Positions 9,319 to 17,708 are shown, counted from the stretch's first letter. The stretch: DNA of 32,000 bases from Candidatus Korarchaeum cryptofilum OPF8 (GCF_000019605.1 NC_010482.1:720001-752000), one strand, 5' to 3'. Numbers and translations: made by a program. Notes: generated by a model from the letters alone, not told the origin.

Positions 9319-10314
9319 TTATTCCTCGATTTTTGGACCATAGACTAGGCCGTGTTCCAAATGGTACACTGTTATAGGAGACTCTCTTCCTATTACAACT
9401 TTCATTGGCATAATTAGTTCATCGATAACCTTGAAAAACTTACGAGCGGTCTTGTAAAGATCGGAGGCCAATTTCTTTTCCTCATCTGACAGCTCTTCTA
9501 CGCACAATCCCAGCTTTTTCGCCTCATCCAGGTGAATTACTTTGCCATGATAGCTGTACTCGCTTACAAGCGTATTTGCAACACTATCTGCATTGGGAGA
9601 CTGTTGCATAGCACTGCCTTCTGACTTAATGGAGCTCCGTTTGAACATTTTGTTAGAAAGAAGCTCTATCAATAGCTTTCTCGCATGATTAATCAGTGAA
9701 TCATAATGCCCGAGCTCTGTTATGGGGATTCCGCTGAGAACTGCCTCAGTGAACGGTTTAATTACCGAGTTTACTGCTTCACTCATTCCAGGAGCTCTTC
9801 TAACAACATCTATAAGCTCCTTTATAACCTTTTCACGAAATATTTCCAGAGTCTGCCCAAAGGAATCCCGTACAACTTTCGCCGAGACCCAAGTCCTTGC
9901 ACTCTCCACGTACACCTGAGGATCCACAGGACCCAGCTCTGAAATTCGTGTCATGATTATCTTATCACCTGAGCATGCGAGGAGTGTGCCAGCAGACTTG
10001 GCCATCCTAGGAACTATGAAGGATAGTTCTCTCTCCCCCGCGAGCTTTTGCAACAGGATCCCTATATGATAAGCTGCATCTGCATCCCCTCCTAGAGTGT
10101 GAAGGACTACATCGATCCCTTCTTTGCTCGAGAGATCGTGCTCCTCAAGGAAAAACTCTAGATCGATGACATCTCTTGTGATGAATGCATCATCATGGAA
10201 GATCATTAGAATGATGTGTCTTCCTCTCTTATTCTCAAGCTCAGAGGAAATATTATCGAGCTCAGATAGATAGTCAAAAGGTCCCCTCGAAGTAATTTCA
10301 CTCATTCTATACAC
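9319..10314 (-). CDS. SDH-family (PF01972-like) ClpP/crotonase-fold serine protease
   Basis: VLHTLGGDADAAYHIG...IVPRMAKSAGTLLACSGDKIIMTRISELGPVDPQ matches the SDH/SppA-type Ser protease core. The likely start is ATG 10305, 1 nt after the upstream gene's TAG. Confidence 0.7.
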   Translation of the reverse strand: MYRMSEITSRGPFDYLSELDNISSELENKRGRHIILMIFHDDAFITRDVIDLEFFLEEHDLSSKEGIDVVLHTLGGDADAAYHIGILLQKLAGERELSFIVPRMAKSAGTLLACSGDKIIMTRISELGPVDPQVYVESARTWVSAKVVRDSFGQTLEIFREKVIKELIDVVRRAPGMSEAVNSVIKPFTEAVLSGIPITELGHYDSLINHARKLLIELLSNKMFKRSSIKSEGSAMQQSPNADSVANTLVSEYSYHGKVIHLDEAKKLGLCVEELSDEEKKLASDLYKTARKFFKVIDELIMPMKVVIGRESPITVYHLEHGLVYGPKIEE

Positions 10315-10801
10315 CTTTCAGCCTGTACATCCTTCTCCAGCCCTCAACCTTCTCCCTTATCGCGCTGTTCGATGCGAAGGAGGGGAACTTCATGTAGACA
10401 TAAGTGAGCAGGTAGGTGATCGGTGCACTGTTATAAGATCTGACTTTTCTGCGCATCTCGGCTGCCAGAATTCTGTTTTTTGCCGAGATTTCCTCGAATA
10501 TCTTTTTACCCCGCTCCATAAGGGCAGCGGATGCCGTTATTATCTTGGCCGGGTTCTCCTGCATGAAGCTGTAAATAGGGTCGCTGAACTCCTCTATTTT
10601 GATGAGCCCCTCCCTCTCCAGCTCATCTATGGAATCAGCTAGCTCACTCGACCAAGGTCCGTATTTGGAGGCTGAAAAATTATATCCGTTCAGGCCGAAC
10701 TCCTCCTGCAGAAGGAAGACTATCTTGTTCAATCTAGTGACTCCTCTTATCCTGCCATCGCACAGATAAAATACGAGAGCCAGCAGATCCACGTTCATCA
10801 A
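10307..10801 (-). CDS. wHTH protein resembling the Panacea/DUF4065 (SocA-like) antitoxin domain
   Basis: TRLNKIVFLLQEEFGLNGYNFSASKYGPWSSELADSIDELEREGLI fits the KLxKLxYLxQ...GPxS...L...G pattern. It is translationally coupled to the protease gene. Assigned by eye only. Confidence 0.45.
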   Translation of the reverse strand: MMNVDLLALVFYLCDGRIRGVTRLNKIVFLLQEEFGLNGYNFSASKYGPWSSELADSIDELEREGLIKIEEFSDPIYSFMQENPAKIITASAALMERGKKIFEEISAKNRILAAEMRRKVRSYNSAPITYLLTYVYMKFPSFASNSAIREKVEGWRRMYRLKGV

Positions 10802-10916
10802 GAACTATGGAGACCTCTGAAATTTAAATTTTGATGTGAGCTTGAGCAAACTTTCAGAGAACTCTCCTCAGAAAAGCTCAAAAATAATTTTATATGACTT
10901 AGCTTGATATAGTATT

Positions 10917-11657
10917 ATGCTATCCCTCAGCATCGGATTTAATCCTGATTTATGGACTTTGGAATCGGTCTGCAGAAGGACCATAGAAAACAAAAGAGGG
11001 AAGATAGATATCTACATATTCTACTTTGCCGTCCAGTTTCTCCCATTTCATGTATGGGATTACGAGCCTGTCATCGTATATGAAAGCGGGAATGAGGTAA
11101 CCTGCCTTTATGATGCTCTCCACTACTACATAGGATGCTCGAAAAAGCCGGAGCTCGTGATAAGCTATCCATAGAGGTCTTTTTATGAAGGATCTACTGA
11201 AAAGAAGGTTGAGCTGGATAAAATGCCGCAAAGAGAGCTTACGGATGAACTCATAAAGGTCTGGAGATCCAGAGATCACAACCCTTTCTCTATGGATGAG
11301 ATCTTCCTAGAGGATCCTTGGAAAGCATTGGATGAATTCAGGAAGGGAGAAAGGGTGAAATTTGGGGAAGAGCGAGAGAGAAAGATAGTATCACTTGAGC
11401 TTCCTGAATACAGAGATGTCGAGACTCTATACAACGATCTATCCCTTGCATTGGAGACAAATGAGATTATAAAGGGATTCAAATGGCCTGGAATTCTGGC
11501 GGAGTATGTCCTGTCATCAAGCATAGAAAAGGAGAGCCTTCAGTCCTTCCTAGCGAGAAAATGCATTGCTGAACGTATAGTGCTAGAAATGGAGAATCTG
11601 ACAAGAATAGAGGGGGAACTGAGATCAGTTTACAGCAAAACAGGAGAAGAATCCTAA
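10917..11657 (+). pseudogene. Hypothetical ~246-aa protein interrupted by one in-frame TAG (11172-11174)
   Basis: Track ORFs 10917-11174 and 11223-11657 share a frame and are separated only by TAG plus 16 sense codons. I recognised no family. Confidence 0.5.
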
Positions 11658-11834
11658 AAGCTGTAAATTATCCACAACACAGGCAAATCCCGGAAATCTG
11701 CACAGTATCTTTGTATCTAGAAGAAATTCTTGACTAGAAAAGTAAATTGAGTGCGAAAAAGATTTTTATACATTAAATTCTAGCTCATGATATGTGCATG
11801 CTATCTCACCTTAGTGACAGGGGAGGAGGATGAT

Positions 11835-11957
11835 ATGAAATATCAAGATATAGTAGAACTTAAGAAACGCATGGACTTTAACAGAACAGAATCAGAAGTT
11901 TTAGTTAAACTGGTGGAAGGTGCTCTCTACTATATAGGATGCTCGAAAAATTGTTGA
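11835..11957 (+). CDS. Small ORF (40 aa), possibly RHH-like
   Basis: MKYQDIVELKKRMDFNRTESEVLVKLVEGALYYIGCSKNC, preceded by GGGAGGAGGATGAT. Its 3' end is a near-copy of 11114-11146. Too short for the ORF track. Confidence 0.25.
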   Translation: MKYQDIVELKKRMDFNRTESEVLVKLVEGALYYIGCSKNC

Positions 11958-12025
11958 ATATGCGCACAATCTGGAGAGGAAACTTTATATAGAAAGTCCT
12001 GCAAGAATTAGAAGGGGGAGTAGAA

Positions 12026-12196
12026 ATGAGTAGAGGGAAGCAAAAGGAGCAATTATTTGAAATTAGAGTCTCCCCGGGAATTTTCGATTGGTGCAGCCCA
12101 GAGGAATTCGAGGAAGCGCTTAAGCTATACTTAGTTGATCGCCGGAATAAAACGACAGAAGAGGTTAAAAAAGAAGAAAGAAAAGCGAGATGCTAA
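12026..12196 (+). CDS. Small ORF (56 aa), Lys/Glu-rich C-terminus
   Basis: MSRGKQKEQLFEIRVSPGIFDWCSPEEFEEALKLYLVDRRNKTTEEVKKEERKARC, preceded by GAAGGGGGAG. It sits in a very AT-rich spacer. Confidence 0.25.
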   Translation: MSRGKQKEQLFEIRVSPGIFDWCSPEEFEEALKLYLVDRRNKTTEEVKKEERKARC

Positions 12197-12405
12197 AAAT
12201 AATCCTTTTCCTCTCTTTTTAATTTCCCTTTAGAAAAAGGCAAAATTAACATAACAATATCAAATACTGATGAGTTAGATATAATTTAGGAAAATAGTAT
12301 TAAAATGAAAGATACCATCAAAAGGAATTACTAGCTTAAAATATGAAATGATCTAACACCACATTTCTATAGGCTTAAGGGGGATTTCACTCCCTCTTTT
12401 TTATT

Positions 12406-13896
12406 CTAATCACTAGAAGATTTAACAATGTCATCAACTAATAAATCTCTAACTCTTCTAATGTCTTCTTCTTTTATATCCTTCTTTTGAATGTTTGGAA
12501 TTAAAAAAGATATGCGAAAGATTTCAGTTCTTCTAGCTTCCTCGTTCAGAACCCTAACATAAGAGGAAGTTGCTAATAAATCTTTCGGTTTACTTCCTTT
12601 CTTTCCTATTAGAATTCGCTCCTCCTCTTTTACGGCATAGGGTGAAAAAGGTATAGTAGAGAGTAACAAGATCGCGCCCGGGCGCGGATACATCGGTTTA
12701 CGCATTCCGCTTTTAAGTTCTTCGAGCCATCTTCTGAATTTATCAGCAATTTCCTCATCAGAAGGTTCTATGGATGATTTTCTCTTAATTTCTTCAATAA
12801 AATCATCGAAGTCCGTCTCCCTCTTAATTAAGGCAACCGGTATATACCGACGGTCGAAAAATGCCTTAAATTCTGGATGAGTTTCCTGATGCTTTCTTAA
12901 TTTAAAACGAATGAAAGTATCATCAACTTCGCCTTTTAGGAAGTTTTCAGGGCGGAAATCTTCATATTTTAGTTCGCCTTCTTCAACCATTGATTCTATT
13001 GCCATTTTTAGAAGTTCTTCCAGAGCACATACTAAATGATGGCCATATAGGGATTTATGCATCTTAATACGGGCATCTAAGATATCTTCGACCGCTCTTA
13101 AAGCCCGTTCATGTACGATTAACTGGTATTTTTCACTATATTTTTCTATAAATATATTGATAATTATTCTATTAATATCAGTCAAGCCGAATGGCAATCC
13201 TGTTGCATGCGAATCTCTTAAGAGATAGTCCATGCGGTCGGCATCCAATTGGCTTGAAATGATCTTTCTGAGAATTTCAGTACTATCTTCTGCTCTCTTT
13301 TTAATCAGAAGATTTGCCACATCTTCTACATTGATTTTATAGGATTCAATAGTTTTTCTAATTATACTATCTTTTTCGGTTATCATTTTATAACTAAAAT
13401 ATTCATGAACCGGTATATCCCTCTCACTCCTGCAGTTAAATAGATCTTTTGCCTCCTCTATCTCTTCATTTTTTAAAACTTTTCGTAAAATAGGTTCTGA
13501 AACATGTGAATAAGGACCATGACCAACGTCGTGAAGTAGGGCCGCTAACCTTACTGTTTGAATTATTCTATAACAATTTTCTGTAAATTTCTCAGAATTT
13601 GGATTTAGATTAAAAGCCTCCTTAAGCCCATCTAGTGATGCAGATCCCAAGATTTGATAGATCATTTTATTTGCCAGGTGCAAAACTCCGAGAGAATGTT
13701 CAAACCTACTTGTTTTTGCAGCTGGGTAAACCAAATAGGTAAGTCCCAAGTGATGAATATCGTGTAATCGGTTTAAAGGAGGTAATTGGAGAAGGTTGTA
13801 TTCAAGCTCAGTTAATTGAATAGGTCCATGAACGGAATCCATAATAGTTTTTGAGTATTCAAATCTTGGTAGAAATACGATCCCTTTTTTCGTCAT
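12406..13896 (-). CDS. HD-domain dNTP triphosphohydrolase-like protein (COG1078 / SAMHD1-type)
   Basis: Carries RFEHSLGVLHLA, LAALLHDVGHGPYSH and QLDADRMDYLLRDS, the H...HD...D metal-site signature of this family. ATG 13896 is preferred over the track's TTG 13908 (GGAAGGGGA lies upstream). Composition is AT-rich. Confidence 0.8.
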   Translation of the reverse strand: MTKKGIVFLPRFEYSKTIMDSVHGPIQLTELEYNLLQLPPLNRLHDIHHLGLTYLVYPAAKTSRFEHSLGVLHLANKMIYQILGSASLDGLKEAFNLNPNSEKFTENCYRIIQTVRLAALLHDVGHGPYSHVSEPILRKVLKNEEIEEAKDLFNCRSERDIPVHEYFSYKMITEKDSIIRKTIESYKINVEDVANLLIKKRAEDSTEILRKIISSQLDADRMDYLLRDSHATGLPFGLTDINRIIINIFIEKYSEKYQLIVHERALRAVEDILDARIKMHKSLYGHHLVCALEELLKMAIESMVEEGELKYEDFRPENFLKGEVDDTFIRFKLRKHQETHPEFKAFFDRRYIPVALIKRETDFDDFIEEIKRKSSIEPSDEEIADKFRRWLEELKSGMRKPMYPRPGAILLLSTIPFSPYAVKEEERILIGKKGSKPKDLLATSSYVRVLNEEARRTEIFRISFLIPNIQKKDIKEEDIRRVRDLLVDDIVKSSSD

Positions 13897-14393
13897 TCCC
13901 CTTCCCAAATGAGCTCGCTACAAGGCTATTTAATCTTTTCGTTCCTTCTCCCTTTCATGAATTTCGTGAACTTATCAGCCCTTTCTTCCTCTATACGATT
14001 CCTCTTTTCTTAACTTAAAAATGGTCTTTAGGGACAACCCGAAGCATCTTTTTCTCTAACAACCTTTATTTTAATTCCTTCATAGTTAGGAACTTCCCTA
14101 ATCACCTCTAATTCCACTTATTCCGTTTTCTATATGGCTCAGAGATGGCAAAAGAAGAAGCTAGAGGAGGTGAAGTTCAAACTTAAGAGGAATCAATCTA
14201 AAAGTTCGATATAGAAGATCTGGGCCTTGTTCACATATCTCATGTGCCGCACGTGCATGCCTTCTTCAGTGAAAATAAGAATGAGGAAAGCATAACAGCT
14301 TAGTGAAAGAGCACTAGAATAAGAGCCTTCAGAGGAACACTCCAGAGCCGAGATAAACCAAAGAGGATCAATACAGAACCGTTAAGCTTATAA

Positions 14394-14963
14394 ATGCTGA
14401 GCAGATATGAGGTTAGGGAAATGATTGTCGAAATAGTTAGCCTCACGGAAAATAACCTTATTGAAGCCCCTGAATGGGAAGAGTATCCCTTCAGCTGCAA
14501 GTACTGCACATACTGGGAGTTCCCAAGAGAGCAGAAGGATTCCTCAAAAAAGGAAGAAACGCTGGCTAAGAAGCTTGAATGGTTGAGAAGTGCGAGAAAA
14601 GCATTTGGCGAATGCGGAAAGATAATGTACGTGGATGGAAAGCCCGTTGGCTATGCACAGTATGCTCCTCCAAAAATGTTTCCTCTTTCAGCTGAATACC
14701 CATCTGGACCTCCCAGTGAGGATGCAGTCCTGATCTCCTGCCTCTTCATTGCTCATAAAGAGTACAGGGGAAAAGGGCTTGGCAGCCTGCTTCTACAAAG
14801 TATAGTTGAGGATCTGAAAGGAAGAGGAGTGAAGGCTGTTGAAACCTTCGCTAGGAAGAATAACACCAATAATCCGTCTGGACCCGTGGAGTTATACCTG
14901 AAAAACGGGTTTATGATTTTCAGGGATGATCCGGAGTTCCCTTTAATGAAGCTAGAACTATAA
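14394..14963 (+). CDS. GNAT-family N-acetyltransferase
   Basis: FIAHKEYRGKGLGSLLLQSIVEDLKGRGVKAVETFA is acetyl-CoA motif A (R/Q-x-x-G-x-G/A). Confidence 0.75.
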   Translation: MLSRYEVREMIVEIVSLTENNLIEAPEWEEYPFSCKYCTYWEFPREQKDSSKKEETLAKKLEWLRSARKAFGECGKIMYVDGKPVGYAQYAPPKMFPLSAEYPSGPPSEDAVLISCLFIAHKEYRGKGLGSLLLQSIVEDLKGRGVKAVETFARKNNTNNPSGPVELYLKNGFMIFRDDPEFPLMKLEL

Positions 14964-15039
14964 AGGAACATTTCTGGAGATGTTTATACCGGAATATTTA
15001 CGGCCTTTACTGGTTCAGTCTCATAAAGAGTATTTTAAA

Positions 15040-15085
15040 GCAAGCACCGGCTTGCGTCTTTGAAAGGGATTTAAATGGTGCTTGC
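15040..15085. repeat. 9-bp perfect inverted repeat GCAAGCACC-N28-GGTGCTTGC
   Basis: Arms at 15040-15048 and 15077-15085, in the AT-rich spacer 77 nt after the GNAT stop. Confidence 0.4.
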
Positions 15086-15288
15086 CGCGTGCATTAAACC
15101 TGCATTGTTTATAGTTTCTGGCCTCATTCCACCGGCAGCCCAAACATACTCAAAACAAGACAAATGCATGCAGCTAATATCTATCACTAACAGGATTAGG
15201 TTGTGAGAATTTCTTAATAAAACTTCAATTTAAAAATACATCTTTTATGTTCATAGTTCCATGTGCACGCTTGGAAGAGTCAAAGCTG

Positions 15289-16355
15289 TTAGAGGCATTG
15301 AGCAGCTCTCTTAACCACTGGATCCGTAAACTCGTTCTCATCATCTATGATTGAGTGCTTTCTCAAGCTCTGAAGCACCTCATATAGCACTCTGTCGCTC
15401 AGCTCCATCCCCTCATAATTCTCAAGAGCCCTTTTTAGCCTCCCCCAACTCCGTTAAACCTTCAGCGAGCAGCTTTAAAACCACTCTATATCTTTTGCTC
15501 ACCCTACTCGCAAGGAAGGACTCGATCTCGCTTTTCGCCAGCTCTAAAGCTTCATTTATCAAGCTATCAAAATCTCCGCCTCTCACCTTCAGGTAGCCGT
15601 AGTAGGTGAGCCAGCCGATGATCCCATCTAGCTCCTCAACAGCCCTCTCCACCTCACTTCCCTTAACTCCCGCTTCTTCGAATCCCCTGTTCAGAAAATC
15701 CAGCGACTCTTCCCTTGAGAGCTTGCGTGTCCTCACCTCCAGATAAGCCCTTCCGTAAAGGGGGTTCTCGGGATCCCCTAAAATTCCATAAAGCACGCCC
15801 ATCTCAGAGCCCGTTAGCACGAAAGAGAGATCTCTGTGGAAGTCGTAGGAATGCACTATTGCGCCGTGGAGGGATGCCCCAATAGGGCCCCGGGATCTCT
15901 GAAACTCATCGGAGACTATGATTACCTTCTCTCCAGTCCTTTCCCCAACTTCATCGAGCACATCGAAGAGCTCCCCTAAGAGGGGCCTCTTCCCGGGCAG
16001 CCAGTTCAAAGAAACCTCGAAGCCGAGCACTGAAACCCCTCTTAACCTAGAAACGAGCTTGAGAAATTCTCCCTTACCCCATCTAGAGGCCCTCTCGATG
16101 AACTCGCTGAAGCTCCTCGAGATCAAAGAGTAGAACTCCCTCCAGGAAGCGGAACCCCTGAGGTCTATGAATGCGTAAGGCCTATCGCTCTCATTCAAAG
16201 CTGTGAGCACAAGAGAGGTTTTCCAGCCCTCCTTATCCCAGAAACCACCGTTAAAGTTCTTTCAACTATTTAGATAACGACCTTAGTTCCTCATCGAAGT
16301 CGTACAGATCCCTCCTCGACACCTTCGGTCTCGGGTCGGACAGCAACTTCCGCAC
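15289..16355 (-). pseudogene. Arch_ATPase (PF01637/COG1672-like) with C-terminal wHTH, disrupted
   Basis: N-terminal piece from GTG 16355 (RKLLSDPRPKVSRRDLYDFDEELRSLSK-TAG). Then a degenerate P-loop, GGFWDKEGWKTSLV, leads into track ORF 15422-16210 (IIVSDEFQ Walker B). After a shift at the CCCTTTTT run (15429-15436) the frame continues ALENYEGMELSDRVLYEVLQSLRKHSII...DPVVKRA to the stop at 15289-15291. Confidence 0.65.
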
Positions 16356-16380
16356 CGAAAGTTACTTCCGCAGCGGAAGT
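16346..16380. promoter_or_regulatory. 17-nt perfect palindrome ACTTCCGC-A-GCGGAAGT plus an extra half-site
   Basis: Palindrome at 16364-16380, with a direct copy of ACTTCCGCA at 16346-16354. On the minus strand it lies between TTTATTA and the GTG at 16355, in the divergent region shared with the DUF433 gene. Confidence 0.45.
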
Positions 16381-16559
16381 AATAAACCCTTCTCGACTCA
16401 GGGCATGGGCACCTCGCATGAGAGAAGGGGTCTCCGATCCTCCCGATGGGAAGTATGAGAACAAATTTCAGGGAACCTCTTTTAGGGAGCATCCATGCTC
16501 TATTCAAAAGCTTCCGTGGTGAACGACATGTTTTTATGTTCGATAAGAAATGCATAGTG

Positions 16560-16802
16560 ATGCAGGAGCTCCTCAAGAGGATAGTCATCGATCCGGAGGT
16601 CATGGCAGGTAAGCCGGTGATACGCGGCACTAGGATAACAGTCGATCTCGTGCTGGAGCTACTGGCCGCTGGAATGAGTCCTGAGGAAATTTCTCAGGAT
16701 TACAGAATTAGCATTGAGGATATACGCGCTGTATTGTTATATGCCGCGAGAGGGTCGCATCTCGATTTCCCTGGACTTCGAAGTTCCGGCAGAAGCTTCT
16801 GA
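16560..16802 (+). CDS. DUF433 protein (antitoxin-like HTH)
   Basis: IVIDPEVMAGKPVIRGTRITVDLVLELLAAGMSPEEISQDYRISIEDIRAVLLYAA is a near-consensus DUF433 sequence. ATG 16560 is preferred over the track start at 16446. Confidence 0.75.
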   Translation: MQELLKRIVIDPEVMAGKPVIRGTRITVDLVLELLAAGMSPEEISQDYRISIEDIRAVLLYAARGSHLDFPGLRSSGRSF

Positions 16803-16842
16803 ACTATTGAGAGCTTATATACCAATACGTATCAGTATACAA
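16714..16842 (+). pseudogene. Possible 5' remnant of a DUF5615/PIN-like partner gene
   Basis: It overlaps the DUF433 3' end. RISISLDFEVPAEASELLRA resembles the N-terminus (LLDENxP...L...L) of DUF433 partners, but then runs straight into the next gene. Weak call. Confidence 0.25.
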
Positions 16843-17097
16843 ATGAGCACTAAGGTAATTCCCGTGAGGTTTAGGGAGCAGGAGCTGAAGCAGATAGATC
16901 AGCTTGTTGAATACGGAGTTTTTAGATCGAGAAGCGAAGCAATAAGAGAAATTATCAAGCTTGGCGTTGAGATAGCTCATTTATCTGAGGTGTTCAGAGC
17001 AGTCGATAAACTGTTCGAGCTCGAGAGGATGGAAGGCAGGATACCTATAGACCTGAGCGGGGCAACTCAACAGCTTCTGAAGGAGAGGGAAAGATGA
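16843..17097 (+). CDS. Ribbon-helix-helix (CopG/VapB-like) antitoxin
   Basis: MSTKVIPVRFREQELKQIDQLVEYGVFRSRSEAIREIIKLG is a classic RHH N-terminus. ATGA overlap with the downstream PIN fragment. Confidence 0.7.
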   Translation: MSTKVIPVRFREQELKQIDQLVEYGVFRSRSEAIREIIKLGVEIAHLSEVFRAVDKLFELERMEGRIPIDLSGATQQLLKERER

Positions 17098-17276
17098 GTT
17101 ACGTGGACACCAGCATAATCGTGGCAGCTCTCGATTATCTTGACCCTAGACGGGAGTTGGCATTAGAAATCCTAGAGAAAAAGGAGGAGGTATATGAACT
17201 CATTACTGTAGATGAAGACTTCGGGAGGGAGAAAGAAAACATAAAACGGGAACATAGACGTGAAAACAGCTGTTAG
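17094..17276 (+). pseudogene. Internally deleted PIN (VapC) toxin
   Basis: The 60-aa ORF keeps the PIN N-terminus (SYVDTSIIVAAL) and C-terminal motif (LITVDEDF) but lacks the ~70 central residues. Confidence 0.55.
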
Positions 17277-17351
17277 CTTATAAAAATTCTAGCGGAAGAT
17301 TGCTAGACCACTTAGCTATGCTAATTCATATGCCAGGATCCCGGAGGTATT

Positions 17352-17708
17352 TTAGAGGAGCAGTAGCTCGGCCTCTCTGAGGACTCCACGCACTAAATCA
17401 ACTTCGAGCCAGAAGATCTCCAGAGCCGTGACTCCGAGCACTGCGGGATCGCCCTCCTCACCGAATATCACCGGGATTACTCGCCTTTTACCCATCAAAA
17501 TGGCTCCTACTTCACCGATGTCCCTCTCCACAGACCCCCCGAAAGCTCTGAACTTCCTCCTCTCTATGGGCTTCACTCCGAGCTGCTCCAGTATGTCGCA
17601 TCTAACTACGCTGTATATTGCGCCCTTGTCCACTGAAGCCTCCACTTCAGCTGCCCTCTCCGGCTGCGCTGGGTTGAAGAGCCCGATCCTCACCTTCAGG
17701 AATCCCAC
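17352..17708 (-). CDS. Retropepsin-like (clan AA) aspartic protease, AF_0612/TIGR03698-like
   Basis: 118 aa, GTG start with GGAGGT upstream. ASVDKGAIYSVVRCDILEQLGV occupies the position of the D-T/S-G-A active-site loop (here DKGA). Confidence 0.5.
   Translation of the reverse strand: MGFLKVRIGLFNPAQPERAAEVEASVDKGAIYSVVRCDILEQLGVKPIERRKFRAFGGSVERDIGEVGAILMGKRRVIPVIFGEEGDPAVLGVTALEIFWLEVDLVRGVLREAELLLL

Noticed and set aside
10917-11174. FHVWDYEPVIVY resembling the H-x-D-W-E-H-V motif of NPP1/Vps62-type proteins
   Set aside because: It is a single short motif without the surrounding conserved context, which is too weak to name a family.
10950-11279. Minus-strand ORF of 109 aa
   Set aside because: It overlaps the plus-strand frame that continues across 10917-11657 with a better promoter context (divergent AT-rich region with TATA-like boxes). 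Its composition is hydrophobic or odd.
16283-16630. Minus-strand ORF of 115 aa (Cys/Arg-rich)
   Set aside because: It is an alternative frame over the Arch_ATPase N-terminal remnant, the palindromic promoter region and the antisense of the DUF433 gene. It has no recognisable fold.
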